A DNA stretch of 64,000 nt, taken from NCBI GenBank assembly GCA_964016885.1, contig OZ024756.1, positions 31,744,001 through 31,808,000 of the forward strand, written 5' to 3'. Position numbers and translations under genes: made by a program. Positions 1-14,909 of this stretch are shown one piece after another. Origin of the DNA: Eledone cirrhosa (Eukaryota). A model generated the notes under the pieces. The model made no database searches, was not told the origin of the DNA, and worked only from the letters and a program-made list of their open reading frames with translations. Each line of letters opens with the position of its first letter. Within the stretch, counting starts at the first letter, position 1.

Positions 1-49
1 GTTGTATCCATCATTTTCCGTTCTGTTTCAATAGAGATAAACATCATCA

Positions 50-84
<35 letters not shown>

Positions 85-172
85 CACATACATATATAAC
101 GTACACATATTAATGTTGGTGTATGCAGATTTATAGGTATATGAGTGAAACGAACATTTGCTGAAGAGGCAT

Positions 173-353
<181 letters not shown>

Positions 354-393
354 CGTTATTCCGGGTTGAATCGGAGGTAACCACAGTAAGTGG

Positions 394-451
<58 letters not shown>

Positions 452-488
452 GTTATTCCGGGTTGAATCGGAGGTAACCACAGTAAGT

Positions 489-656
<168 letters not shown>

Positions 657-1024
657 CGTTATTCCGGGTTGAATCGGAGGTAACCACAGTAAGTAAGGTA
701 CTCAATACATAGCAGAGTATAATAGTTTTAATATAGATGAGATTCTACAGGACTAGAACTGTTTCATTCATTAGAAATCATCAGGAATCTGGGTATCAAA
801 AAATAATAAATAAATGTGGTATTTATAGGTCTCTACAAGTGGTAGGAGAGGGTGGGGAGTGGGATGGGTGCAGGTCATTGGTTGATAGAGAAGGGAATTC
901 ATTAAAGGCTAATTCTACATAGCTATAGTTAATTTATATTTATTTATGTTTTTAGAGTAAAAACATAAATAAATTAACTATAGCTATGTAGAATTAGCCT
1001 TTAATGAATTCCCTTCTCTATCAA

Positions 1025-1086
1025 CCAATGACCTGCACCCATCCCACTCCCCACCCTCTCCTACCACTTGTAGAGACCTATAAATA
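1025..1086 (+). promoter_or_regulatory. Putative CCAAT box (1025) and TATA box (TATAAATA, 1079-1086) upstream of the family A ribozyme
   Basis: Motif order and spacing resemble a Pol II core promoter, and PLE pseudo-LTRs are known to carry promoters. Motif match only. Confidence 0.35.
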
Positions 1087-1115
1087 CCACATTTATTTAT
1101 TATTTTTTGATACCC

Positions 1116-1166
1116 AGATTCCTGATGATTTCTAATGAATGAAACAGTTCTAGTCCTGTAGAATCT
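1116..1166 (+). ncRNA. Type I hammerhead ribozyme (family A); mirror copy at 740-790 on the minus strand
   Basis: agattc-CTGATGA-t ttc taat gaa t-GAAA-cag ttctagtc ctg-TA-gaatct. Stem I agattc/gaatct is perfect and changes to ggcttc/gaagcc in the 8935-9122 copy. Predicted cleavage after GUA at 1160. Confidence 0.85.
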
Positions 1167-1178
1167 CATCTATATTAA

Positions 1179-1236
<58 letters not shown>

Positions 1237-2006
1237 ATGTCTATATATATATATATATATATATAAAGAAGAAATGAAAAGATGGTTAAAAAAGTTCCAT
1301 ACATGCGCATTTCGAAAACAAAAATTGTGTTTTCTTCAGATGAAATAAGGTAACATGATATGAGGCCTAAAACACCTGTGAACAAGAAAGTGTACAGTCA
1401 ACATATGACAAAAATATAAGAGAAGAGAAAAAATAGAAAAAATGAAGAAAAGGAAAGAAGAAGGAAAAAGGAAAAAGAAATAAAAGAGGGAAAAAGAAAG
1501 AAAGAAGGAGGAGAGAGAAAGAGAAAGAGAAATAGAGAGAGAGAGATACTTTTGATCGGGAACGCTGTCAAAAATGAAAAACAGCTGTGAATAACGGCTA
1601 AAAAAAAATAATAAAAATAAATAAATAAATAAATTGATGAGGTGAATGTGCTAATATTACAAATATTAGATATCTAGAATATAGAAACTGGGTATATTAT
1701 TTAATATTGAGTTTGAATACTAAAAATTGGATTAAGAAGTGTAAAAATGTATTAATAAAATAAAAAATAAAATAAAATAAAATAAAATAAAAATTAATTA
1801 AAAATAATTATAATAATTATAAAAAAGGGGGTTTTAAAATAAAATAAAATAAAATGAAATAAAATAAAATAAAATATAAGATAGACTAGAATAAAAATAA
1901 ATAATAAATAAAAATAAGAATAGTCTATTTATGTCAAAATTAAAAATTACTATTAAAAATTTACATATGTGGGCTATAGTATTTGATTATTATTTCATAT
2001 CAACAA

Positions 2007-2196
2007 TGGCCAGTGGATTGGCAGTATCGGTAGAGGGTCGGACGCCATGCTTTGACGCATAGTGTTACGGCCCTTGCCATTCTGAGTTCAAATCCCGCCG
2101 AGGTTAACTTTGCCTTTCATCCTTATGGGGTCGATAAAATAAAGTACCAGTAATACACTGGGTAATTGCTGGCCTTGTGCCAAAAGTAGAAACAAT
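2007..2196 (+). mobile_element. Octopus-type tRNA-derived SINE (family S1) with a 16-bp target-site duplication
   Basis: B-box-like gagttcaaatccc and core gccgaggttaactttgcctttcatcc...gataaaataaagtaccag. TSD tatttcatatcaacaa at 1991-2006 and 2197-2212. The opposite PLE arm shows the empty site. Confidence 0.85.
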
Positions 2197-2342
2197 TATT
2201 TCATATCAACAAGTAAATAAAGGAAATTGCGAGAAAGGTTTATAAACGTAAAAAGACATATGACGTCATAGATTGTTTACAAAATCTACAAAGGTTTGAA
2301 CGAAAAAATTAACGTCAATAGAGAAAGAAGGTGAAAGGCTTA

Positions 2343-2491
2343 ATAATTGTTTCTACTTTAGGCACAAGGCCAGCAATTACTCAGTGCATTACTGGTACTT
2401 TATTTTATCGACCCCGTAAGGATGAAAGGCAAAGTTAACCTCGGCGGGATTTGAACTCAGACTGTAAAGGGACGTAACTATACTAGAAAAC
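2343..2491 (-). mobile_element. SINE S1 copy, 5'-truncated
   Basis: Reverse complement of the S1 core; absent from the opposite arm of the family B repeat. Confidence 0.8.
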
Positions 2492-2528
2492 ATAATGCAG
2501 AGAAAAGGGTATTAATACATTGTATTAA

Positions 2529-2747
2529 TCCTTAAAAGACAAAAACATTAATTACGAAATCTCTTGGCGTAAAATTTGCAACGCTTTACCTTACTCCAAC
2601 GTTTCCATATCTAGGGTTTGTAATTTATGTCTAGCTGAAAAATTTACCATTATCTCGAATTTCAACTCTTTAATAAATAGACGTACGGACTTATTTGGTC
2701 TCTGTATTCATAAATCTTTTAAGACCTTTCACAAAGTATACAGCTAA
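2529..2747 (+). pseudogene. C-terminal 72 aa of a Penelope-like element endonuclease domain (not in the ORF track because it has no start codon)
   Basis: SLKDKNINYEISWRKICNALPYSNVSISRVCNLCLAEKFTIISNFNSLINRRTDLFGLCIHKSFKTFHKVYS*. It matches the LK..Y.I.W...A..Y...C.LCL.EK..I...L.N.R....C.HK pattern I recall from aquatic-invertebrate PLE C-termini (possibly Hydra clade). Confidence 0.8.
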
Positions 2748-3668
2748 TGTCCTATAACTTATTCTACGAATAACGGTTAATGTTTTACACATATAATTTT
2801 ACACATATATCTTTTCACACATTTTTTCTCACATATTTCATTATTTTCTACAATGTATTAATCCCTTTTTTCTCTGCATTATTAAGCCTTTCACCTTTTT
2901 TCTCTATTGACGTTAATCTTTTCGTTCAAACCTTCGTAGATTTTGTAAACAATCTATGACGTCATATGTCTTTTTACGTTTATAAACCTTTCTAGCAATT
3001 TCCTTTATTTACTTGTTGATATAAAATAATAATTAAATACTATACCCCACATATATACATTTTTAATAGTAATTTTTAATTTTGACATAGATAGACTATT
3101 CTTATTTTTATTTATTATTTATTATTTTTTATTCTAGTCTATCTTATTTTATTTTATTTTATTTTATTCTATTTTATTTTATTTAAAATAACCCTTTTTA
3201 AAAATAATTATTATAATTATTTTTAATTTAATTTTTAATTTAATTTTTATTTTATTTTATTTTATTTTATTTTATTTTTTATTTTATTAATACATTTTTA
3301 CACTTCTTAATCCAATTTTTAGTATTCAAACTCAATATTAAATAATATACCCAGTTTCTATATTCTAGATATCTAATATTTGTAATATTAGCACATTCCC
3401 CTCATCAATTTATTTATTTATTTTTTAGCCGTTATTCACAGCTGTTTTTCATTTTTGACAGCGTTCCCGATCAAAAGTATCTCCCTCTCTTTCTCTTTCT
3501 CTCTCCTCCTTCTTTCTTTCTTTTGTCCTCTTCTATTTCTTTTTCCTTTTTCCATCTTCTTTCCTTTTCTTCATTTTTCATATTTTTCTCTTTTCTTATA
3601 TTTTTGTCATATGTTGACTGGACACTTTCTTGTTCACAAGTGTTTTTAGGCCTCATATCATGTTACCT

Positions 3669-3738
3669 TATTTCATCTGATGAGAACACAATTTTTGTCC
3701 CAGGATGATATTGTTTTCGAAATGCGCATAATAAAATA
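3669..3738 (+). ncRNA. Type I hammerhead ribozyme (family B) with palindromic stem/loop III
   Basis: tatttcat-CTGATGA-gaacaca...tgttttc-GAAA-tgcgca-TA-ataaaata. The ATGCGCAT palindrome is typical of dimer-dependent minimal HHRs. Confidence 0.75.
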
Positions 3739-3861
3739 TATGGAACTTTTTTAACCATCTTTTAATTTCTTCTTTATATATACTCCAATTCTACCAACTG
3801 TTGAGTGCTACTTATTTGATATATGCATAGTTTTATTGTTCTACAATATTACTCACCTCCT

Positions 3862-3889
<28 letters not shown>

Positions 3890-3892
<3 letters not shown>

Positions 3893-3962
3893 ATGAAGGA
3901 GGTGTGGTAAGGAAAATAGCCGTCGAAACGGCTTTAGCTCTGCCATCGGGGTTAAACATTTT

Positions 3963-3966
<4 letters not shown>
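3890..3966. mobile_element. Family H minimal insertion (inverted tail end joined to the HHR 3' half)
   Basis: aatgaaggaggtgtggtaagg is fused to aaatagccgtcGAAAcggc...ttcctat, between (TA)n tracts. Confidence 0.6.
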
Positions 3967-4049
<83 letters not shown>

Positions 4050-4384
4050 TACATATATACATACACACCTACACACATACATATATATATATATATGCGT
4101 ATATATTATATATTATCACCATTACCATATCACAAACAACATTACCACACCACCAACGCAATCACCTCCACCACCACCACCACCACCACTTCTACTACAG
4201 GCACAGGTGGCCAGACTGTCAAGCTAAACGTTATTTAGTTAGCTTCGAGTGAAAGCCAGTACCAATTGTTCCTGTGGGTATGGAAATATACGTAGATTGG
4301 CAGATGGAAGCTGTTTTTCCCCCAAGACAATATATACACAAAGATATAGTTAACGTGGTGTCTCTTTCACTAGATGCGTTACAT

Positions 4385-4449
<65 letters not shown>

Positions 4450-4910
4450 ACTGTTTTCTCTCCACCTCTCTCTCTCTCTTTATCTTTCTATCTCTTTATT
4501 GATCTTTCTCTCTCTCATTGTTTCTCTCCGCTATCTCTGTCTGTCGTCTCTCTCACCTGTTTCTCACACTCTTCCATGGCTCTCTTATAAACAGAAGAAC
4601 TATCACCAACATACACACATATGAATGTATATACAAGCAGTGAAGTCTCTCTCTCATCTCTCTCTCTCTCCCTCTCTCTCTCTCCTCTTCTCTCTCTCTA
4701 TATATATATATATAGTTTAATAAATAAACAGAGAACAAAAAACAGAAAAACGAAGAGGCAGTACAAATGGTATTAGTATTAGTTTCACGCTCGAGAGCGA
4801 GGGTCCCAGCCACATGAAACCAAAGCAACTAAAATACGAATCAGGTATTGAATATATATATATATATATGTATCTCTCTCTCTCTCTCTCTATATATATA
4901 TAGTTTTAAT

Positions 4911-5123
4911 CGATCGACTTTCGTCAAATCGGACCGAGGAAACAATGTTTCCGTTGGTCTTTCCAGTTGCTTGTACTATCTATTGGTCGCAACTCCAGGT
5001 AGAAGGAGCAACGTGAAATAAAGTGTCTTGCTCAAGGACATAACGCATCACCTGGTCCAGGAATCGAACTCACAACCTCAAGATTGTGAATCCAATTCTC
5101 TAACCACTCAGCCACACGCCTTC
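4911..5123 (-). mobile_element. tRNA-derived SINE (family S2)
   Basis: Reverse complement of the 19295-19507 copy, with A and B boxes. Confidence 0.8.
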
Positions 5124-5317
5124 ATATATAAAGACCTGCTTCGTATTTTAGTTGCTTTGGTTTCATGTCGCAGTTTTCAATTTGTCATTTGTAAGGTGAC
5201 ACAACCTGATCGAGTGCTTTGTTGTACATTCCTAATTGTATATCGTTAACTTGGCCACAGCCAAAACTTCGATTTTACTAAACTTCCATTTATATATATA
5301 TACTCGTATATATACTC

Positions 5318-5393
<76 letters not shown>

Positions 5394-6002
5394 AGATAAG
5401 CAGAACAAGTAAAATTCAACCAATTTTTCAAAATAAATCAAAATTAATCAAAATTAAAAAATATAATATAAATATTTACCTATTCAAATGGCCCTAACTG
5501 TACAGTTTCACGGTGCAAAACATTAAATATCACGAGGATATTAATGGAAAAGCAACGATCATCATATATATATATATATACATATATAGATATCATTCTC
5601 AGGGAAATTCAGCATGACATTATGTGTGACTAGGCTGACCGTTTGACTTACAGCTACAGTTTATTTTTTGCCAGCTGAAGGAAATGGAAGAGAGCGTAAA
5701 TAAACACAACTCATATCTGGGAGACGAAACAATGATCGTAAGATCGGGATCTGTACACACAGCCTTTAATTACTCATCTTTGCAAAAGTCTATAATAATA
5801 TATTGATAGCAAGACTTCTGGGAATAGTTTCAAGGAAGCCATTAAATATAATAGACAGGCACAAATTAACAGGAAGAAACAAGCCAAAAGTTACACAAAA
5901 AATACATTAAAAAAACCAAGTTTCTAATAATGTCCGTATAAAAGTAAGTAAAACATCCTCGCCCCGCAGTTCGTAAGAAGTTTCTCTCACAGAACCCCCG
6001 TC

Positions 6003-6088
<86 letters not shown>

Positions 6089-6229
6089 AACACACACACA
6101 CACACGCACACATATATCTCTATAAATATATATATATATATGTATATATGTATATATGTATATCCATACAAATATAAAATTTATATATATATACACTATA
6201 TACACCTATCTATATACATGCACACACAC

Positions 6230-6275
<46 letters not shown>

Positions 6276-6302
6276 GTAGAAGTGGTATATATATATACGT
6301 AT

Positions 6303-6390
<88 letters not shown>

Positions 6391-6401
6391 GCACACGCAC
6401 G

Positions 6402-6459
<58 letters not shown>

Positions 6460-6657
6460 TTAATAAAATTTCGCTTGAAATAAACTCTCCACATTAAGGA
6501 ACTTACTAATAGTGTGACAGCCATGAACAATAGAGATATTATAAAGAATTCAATGTATCAGAAGGAAGCAAACGTAATTGTCTATTTACAAGTGTATATC
6601 ATGTTAATGGAAACTGCCGCGAGGGTATATGTGACACATACACGCACATATACACAC

Positions 6658-6703
<46 letters not shown>

Positions 6704-6815
6704 TATATTCATATATATATATATATATACATATCAAATATATATACATATATTATATATATATTCATATATATATATATTTATATCAAATATATATATA
6801 TATTATATATATATA

Positions 6816-6907
<92 letters not shown>

Positions 6908-7053
6908 ATATTTATATATGTATATATACAGTCATTTTGACGTTAGGAATTAACCAAAATGGCATTGATTATATTTAGTTAATTATGATCAACTTTAAAA
7001 GCCGTATTCAGCACCATAGCCACACATTTCGTACAAGGCAAAGTATATAAAAC

Positions 7054-7108
<55 letters not shown>

Positions 7109-7312
7109 GTGAAGAAAGCAAACAATCCAGTACAACGAAGAATTTTAACGTTTGATATAGTAGAAAAGGAGATTTTGCGTTTCGGACATTAGTACTTCAT
7201 CAGAGGATAGAAAGAGTAACATAAGATAAAATAGAAAGATAGAAAGTGAAAAGAGGAAGGAACGGAAGAATTATACACACACACACACACATATATATAT
7301 ATAGAGAGAGAC

Positions 7313-7355
<43 letters not shown>

Positions 7356-7789
7356 AAGAAAAGCTGAGATTGGAAATGGCACTGAAAATATATTTAAGGG
7401 TCTGTTTTTCTTTTTTTTCTTTGATTCGTCAAAGTGGCATTATTGAAAAAACGAGAGGGACAATTCTTTTAAAAAAAGAGTTTTATGATGTATATCAAGT
7501 ATTATCGGTTTCGATGTATTAGTAAAATTCATCTTATCAAATGATAAGATGTTGAATATTACAATTAAAAAGAATTAATATGGATTAAAAACTAAAAATT
7601 AAAGATTTAAAATTAAGTATTGAGGTAAGCATTTGCATCTTCCCTGTTGAGAAGGAGACTGGAAAATGAACTCTTGTGTATATAGAGCGAGGTGGTAGTA
7701 ACAGTGTTGGTAGTTGTATATATATATGTATGTATAAATATATGTATGTATAAATATAGTTGTATAAATATAGTTGTATAAATATACGT

Positions 7790-8350
<561 letters not shown>

Positions 8351-8557
8351 AGAAACACATACATACACCCATATATATATATATATATATATTCCGTTAA
8401 TTAGTCGAGCTAATTAAAATGTCGAGTAAAGCCGGCTGCTATTTTTAGTGGCGTGAGTTTGCGAGACACGCTAACTTCTGGTACCATGTGCGTTATATAT
8501 ACGCACACTATCCAGTTTTTTTATATACTTAGAAGTGACCAAGATACTAATAATTCT

Positions 8558-8639
8558 TCACCTGCCGATGAGCTAGAATTTTGGTATTCCTCTTCACAAT
8601 TAATATTGCGAAACAGTATTATGAAAACTGTCCGGGTGA
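8558..8639 (+). ncRNA. Type I hammerhead ribozyme with a U4C core variant
   Basis: tcacctg-CCGATGA-gc...gc-GAAA-cagt attatgaaa actg-TC-cgggtga. Stem I is 7 bp, stem III is 4 bp, and the triplet is GUC. Confidence 0.65.
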
Positions 8640-8815
8640 TTGGTAGTTACCACAATTCTGGTTTGTATTTATTTTTCTTGATTTATTCTTAAATTGAGTC
8701 TAGTTAACCCTATTGTCTATAGTTAGTATTCTACTCACCTTAGCGAATCTGGTCCCTTACGATTTGAACACATATATGTATATCTCTGTGTTCGTTTTTC
8801 TTTTTTGTTCACTTA

Positions 8816-8930
<115 letters not shown>

Positions 8931-8934
8931 TAAG

Positions 8935-9121
8935 TTTATTCCGGGTTCAATCGGGGGCAACCACAGTAAGTAAGGTACTCAATACATAGCAGGGTATACA
9001 CATTCAATATAGAAATGACTTCTACAGGTCTAGAACTGTTTCATTCGGGAGAAATCACCAGGAAGCCAGATTTCTCCCGAATGAAGCAGATCTAGTCCTG
9101 TAGAAGCCATTTCTATATTAA

Positions 9122-9122
<1 letters not shown>
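8935..9122 (-). mobile_element. Family A copy with its fold-back junction at the ribozyme
   Basis: Same tail end (ttattccgggtt...gtactcaatac) as 656-723. Arms about 9005-9057 and 9069-9122. Confidence 0.75.
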
Positions 9123-9182
<60 letters not shown>

Positions 9183-9185
<3 letters not shown>

Positions 9186-9372
9186 CGAAGGAAATGTGGT
9201 AAGGAACCAGGTGGACAATAACGCACCAAAGTACTCAATACTTAGGGTAGTAGAGTGGGTAATAGGAACAAGTAAGACCCCGACGACTGAGCTCAAGCCG
9301 TTTCGACGGCTAATTCAGAATTAGCCGTCGAAACGGCTTGAGCTCAGCCGTCGGGGTCTTACTTGTTCCTAT
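9183..9372 (-). mobile_element. Family H palindromic PLE-like terminus (HHR 3' half plus tail)
   Basis: GAAA-cggct tgagctc agccg-TC-ggggtc in both arms; tail containing tattgagtac on one arm. Confidence 0.75.
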
Positions 9373-9384
9373 ATATATATATAT

Positions 9385-9630
9385 AATGACGTATTATCTT
9401 CGTTTTTTTCCGTTCATTGCCTGAGAACGTCTTTATGAACCACCTAATAGTATATTAGTCTACGACTTCTTTTATACCATAAACGTGGTTTTGTCTTCGC
9501 GTGTAATTGTTTTCTCTGCACCAAATAATGACGTATTATCTTAGTTTTTTCCCGTTCTTTGCCAGGGAACGTTTCCACGAACCAAAGTATCGTCTTCCTG
9601 TCTTCCTTCGGTTGCAACGTTTTTTGAAAA
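9385..9630 (+). mobile_element. Family D upstream pLTR fragment with an internal subrepeat of about 140 bp
   Basis: Matches 25062-25245; aatgacgtattatctt...gaacc occurs twice. Confidence 0.6.
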
Positions 9631-9682
9631 AAAAAAAAAAATATATATATAGTCGCCAGTATGTAACGAAACCATAGTTACG

Positions 9683-9733
<51 letters not shown>

Positions 9734-9734
9734 A

Positions 9735-9925
9735 TATGTGGTTGATGGCTGAGAGTACTCAATACCAAAGTAGAGTTTTAATATCCCTTTTATTAAGGTT
9801 AAATAGTGAGTCTTGTTACTCTGGAGTTTTGCTTGTTTAACACAGGGCCATCAGGTAGATTCGTGTCTGTGATAAACAGGCGAAACTCCAGAGTAAAAAG
9901 ACCCACTATTTAGTCTTAATACAAT
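9735..9925 (-). mobile_element. Family K fold-back with a degenerate HHR and tail hairpin; related fragment at about 22372-22500
   Basis: GAAA-ctc ca gag-TA here versus GAAA-cgc ca gcg-TA at about 22410 (compensatory change). Tail hairpin at 9755-9776. Confidence 0.6.
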
Positions 9926-9930
9926 ATATG

Positions 9931-9997
<67 letters not shown>

Positions 9998-10267
9998 GCA
10001 CACACTCACACATATATATATATATGTATACACATGTATATATATATATATATATATGTAATCTGAGTTTTTTGAATATTAATAATGACATTCGATTCGT
10101 TTGCAATTATGCAAACAAGCCTCAATTTTATAGCCATGTCAGTAGAATGAACCCGTCATTCTTGCACTTGTGTTGGCATGTGAACATGAAGGCATGTGTA
10201 CATATACATATATACGTATGCATGTATGTACATACGCACACATTCACACACACAAACACACACATAT

Positions 10268-10306
<39 letters not shown>

Positions 10307-10311
<5 letters not shown>

Positions 10312-10721
10312 ATTAAACAAATGGAAACTATATTTATAACACAATATTTATTTCATTATACATATTTCAGGGATACCATATTAAAAATATGGCATGCCTT
10401 CGTCAGATAAAATACAATATATAAACAGTTGTATAAATGATTTTGACGTACCACAAATATAAGCGACCATTAAGATAGGAGGCTGGCTTGGTACGTCAAA
10501 ATTATTTATAAAACTGTTTATATATTGTATTTTATCTGACGAAAGCATGCCATATTTTTAATATGGTATCCCTGAAATATGTATAATGAAATAAATATGG
10601 TGTTATAAATATAGTTTCCATTTGTTTAATATCGTATATCTACTCCAAAAACTTGTCGAGTGCTTTATATCGGTTATAAAATATTTACTTGTTGTAACCC
10701 AACAATTTTAAATAAAACTTT

Positions 10722-10724
<3 letters not shown>
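10307..10724 (+). mobile_element. Family E fold-back PLE terminus; HHR at 10528-10593
   Basis: Arms about 10307-10452 and 10490-10637. tattttat-CTGACGA-long stem II-GAAA-tatgta-TA-atgaaata. Tail containing tcgagtgc. Confidence 0.8.
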
Positions 10725-10761
<37 letters not shown>

Positions 10762-10766
<5 letters not shown>

Positions 10767-10833
10767 TAAAATAACAGATTAAAGTTTAAGCAAAGAATCG
10801 CTGGATTTTAGTCTTCAAATTTATTATTATTAC
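10762..10833. mobile_element. Family D minimal insertion (inverted arm plus last part of the tail)
   Basis: ttattaaaataacag...gaatcg joined through shared ctg to gattttagtcttc...attattac. Confidence 0.7.
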
Positions 10834-11014
10834 TATATATATATATATGTATATATACGGACATACGTTTATAGTGAAATGCATAATGAAAAGCCAGAAG
10901 GTAAACAGAAATTCAGTCCTAAGTAGTGTTAATCCGACATGGCATCCAATTAGCCAATTCTCTTTTACAGGATACAGCGTTAATGTTGTATTGTATACAC
11001 ACGCACGCGCACAC

Positions 11015-11426
<412 letters not shown>

Positions 11427-11701
11427 TCACGCGTAAAATAAATTCTGCTTCTAAGTAGGTTTATAAGGTCATGCTTTACCTAAACACCATAAACCTATTT
11501 TATTAATGACCGTCTATTACATATTTGCTTCTTTCTTTCTTTTTATTTCTTTTTTTTTTCTTTCTTTTTTTCTCTCTTTCTTTCTTGTTGTCATTCTTTG
11601 ATTTCTATTTTATATTCCTTTGAAATGTGCTTTCACCCCACACGTTTGTTAAGTTTAATTCCAACGTCACAAAGAAGCACCACTCTCAGCAAAAATATCT
11701 A

Positions 11702-11822
<121 letters not shown>

Positions 11823-12100
11823 GTGCGTCTATGTATACACATACATCTACGTGTGCACACATGTACGTATGGATACATCTATGTATGTATGTTTGTATTT
11901 CTATATGTATATATAAGATACATTATATATTGTGCATGACGAAGTGGCCAACTTTTGTCAATTTTTTTTTCAAAGCATTTATATAGTATTTCATCTTAAT
12001 GATTCCTGACAATGCTTTAAGGTGTTACATAGATATATCCAGATTCTCCATAAGTAAGATGTGTAGAATCAATATCCACATGTATACCACACGGCCTTAC

Positions 12101-12178
12101 CTCCCTTGTCACCCACTTTAATGTCCAACCTATACTTGTTGCTTGTTCAAATTCCATACCATATTCTAGTCTCGCCCT
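12101..12178 (-). CDS. Possible 78-nt phase-0 host exon (RARLEYGMEFEQATSIGWTLKWVTRE), protein not recognised
   Basis: Acceptor ...ttttaatgccttatcattgcAG and donor GAG/GTAAGG. Only one frame is open, and the sequence is not repeated in this window. Confidence 0.3.
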
Positions 12179-12332
12179 CTGCAATGATAAGGCATTAAAA
12201 GTTGTAAAATTCACAGGAATTTTTTCTGGAAACATACAATGGAATGAACTTTCGTCAGTTTCGACGATGAGTGTTCCAGTTCCATTTCATGAACTAAATA
12301 CTTTTGGTACCGATGACGTCTTCGCCGTTACC

Positions 12333-12705
12333 CTCAAATCCTGCCGAGGTTAACTTTGCTTTTCTTCCTTACGGGGTCGAAAAAAATAAAGTACCAGTAA
12401 TGCACTGGGGTTGATTTCATTGACTTTCCCCACTCTCCAAAATTGTCGGCCTTGTGCCTAAAGTAGAAACAATTATTATTATTGTTATTGTTGCGTATGG
12501 ATTGCATAAGGCGCTGGATTGGCAGTAGCAGTAGAGGGTCGGACGCCATGCTTTGCAGCATGGAGTTACGACCCTTTACATTCTGTTTTCAAATCACGCC
12601 GAGGTTAACTTTGCCTTTCATACTTACAGGGTCGATAAAATAAAGTACCCGTAATGCACTGGGATAATTGCTGGCCTTGTGCCAAAAGAAGGAATAATTA
12701 TTATT
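12333..12705 (+). mobile_element. Two tandem SINE S1 copies
   Basis: S1 core at about 12340 and 12595. Confidence 0.75.
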
Positions 12706-13324
12706 GTTGCGTATGAGACTCTGTCCCTTTGTGTCCCTTTGAATTATAGGTACAGCAATTTTTATCTAGGTGAAATAAAGTGGTTGGCTCAAAGACACAT
12801 CGGGTTACCGGGAATCGAATTCATAACAATAGGATCATGAACCGAACACTCAAACAACTAAGTCACGCATTTTCCCACTCACACACAAACTCATATGCAC
12901 ACACTTACAGAAACACACACACACACGCACACAAATACACATACACAAATGCACACCCACACAATTACGCACGCATCTACATACAAACTCATAGAGTTAC
13001 ATGTACACACACATGAACATATACATACACACAAGTATATAATGAATCTTTCTGGGGAAATAGAGCCACCCATACTGTCCAACAAGCGGAATAATTAATA
13101 CGACCAAGAACTGAGCATATAATCAAAGAACAAAGGGATGCTTCCTCCACTCCCCCACTCCTTTTAATGATGTATCCCTTCCCCCTCACCCCCTCACTCC
13201 GCTTATCTGATGCCATTTTAATAAGGGAAACTAGGAGACCAGTCAGAACCAGGGTTACATAATGTGTTATACTGTACAACTACAATGACCGAGAGGTAGA
13301 CAGAAATAGAAGAGATATAGATGG

Positions 13325-13417
<93 letters not shown>

Positions 13418-13459
13418 ATATATATATAGATATATATATATATGTATGTATATATAAAT

Positions 13460-13538
<79 letters not shown>

Positions 13539-13756
13539 CATGTATATATATATACATACATATATATTAATATATATATATATATAAATACGTACATACA
13601 TAAATACACACACATACACTCACACACACGCATACAAATATATATATATGTAAAACCACATATATATATATCATATATGTATACATATACGTGAACGATA
13701 TATGTATATATATATATATATATATTGTTCTCTCTCTCTAGGCATATAAATAGAAA

Positions 13757-13823
<67 letters not shown>

Positions 13824-13852
13824 GTAGTGAGATACAGACTAAAGAACATATG

Positions 13853-13942
<90 letters not shown>

Positions 13943-14590
13943 AGGCACACTTCATTGGTGAAACGAGTATGTCATCAGTCGATTTACTAACTTAATTATT
14001 ATCAACTTTGCACATAATACGACTGAGTATGTTTATAAATCTTCTCTGGTTGAGAGAAATACACTTTTAAATTCATCCAGCTGGAAATGTCAGGATCTTC
14101 TATAATAATTAGAAGAATCAACGCAGCATGAAGACTGTGAAACGTTCTTGAAAGGCCGAAACACAAAACTGGAAACACGAAACGTCAACCAACACAGAAA
14201 CATAGTACTGAATATAAAGTGGAAAGATGGATGACAAGTAATTTGAATTACAACTACTAATCCATTCACAGATACAAACTCTTAAATCAAAGGACTTCGC
14301 TTAATGAGCAGACATTTATGAGAGCACTAAAGCAGTATGCCAAATTCGGGGTGAACACTATGTTACCGACACGCTTCGAAACCAGTCGTTAGTAATTGTT
14401 TAAAATATAGGTACAAGGCCAGCAATTATAGGGGAGATTGTATGTATGTAGGAATCTATGTATGGTTCCGTAACTCATGAGGAAATTGTAGGGGCACCGT
14501 ATTGACATACTGCGTTTCTAGGGCATTTTTAAAACCTGGTGGAGCCCATCTCTTCTTCATGTCTGAAGACAGCAGTTTTCTTTAAGAGAA

Positions 14591-14647
<57 letters not shown>

Positions 14648-14777
14648 GATAGATAGATAGACAGATAGAGAGAGAGTGTGTGTGTGTGTGAGATACATAT
14701 ATAGATAGAGATAGATAGAGATAGATAGATAGATAGATAGATAGCGAGAGAGAGAGGGAGAGAGAGAGAGAGAGAGG

Positions 14778-14840
<63 letters not shown>

Positions 14841-14909
14841 GAAATGAAAAAGAAATATAGAGGAAGAATCGACCCTACTATTTGACTAGTATTATTTTTT
14901 ATCGAATTG

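Larger units (their letters stand above)
1262..3862 (+). mobile_element. 5'-truncated Penelope-like retroelement (family B): inverted pLTR, end of ORF, pLTR with HHR, and tail
   Basis: Inverted arms about 1262-2525 (with two SINE insertions) and 2850-3778. The spacer encodes a PLE endonuclease C-terminus. Unique tail 3779-3862. Confidence 0.85.

Noticed and set aside
724-3778. Long inverted repeats as long-read fold-back artefacts
   Set aside because: The B arms differ by substitutions, indels and arm-specific SINEs with TSDs, and the families recur with consistent ends. Only the near-identical A arms remain worth checking against raw reads.
13200-13255. HHR-like CTGATGC...GAAActag..ccagTC
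   Set aside because: The core is mutated and stem I does not pair. It may be a decayed copy but cannot be supported.
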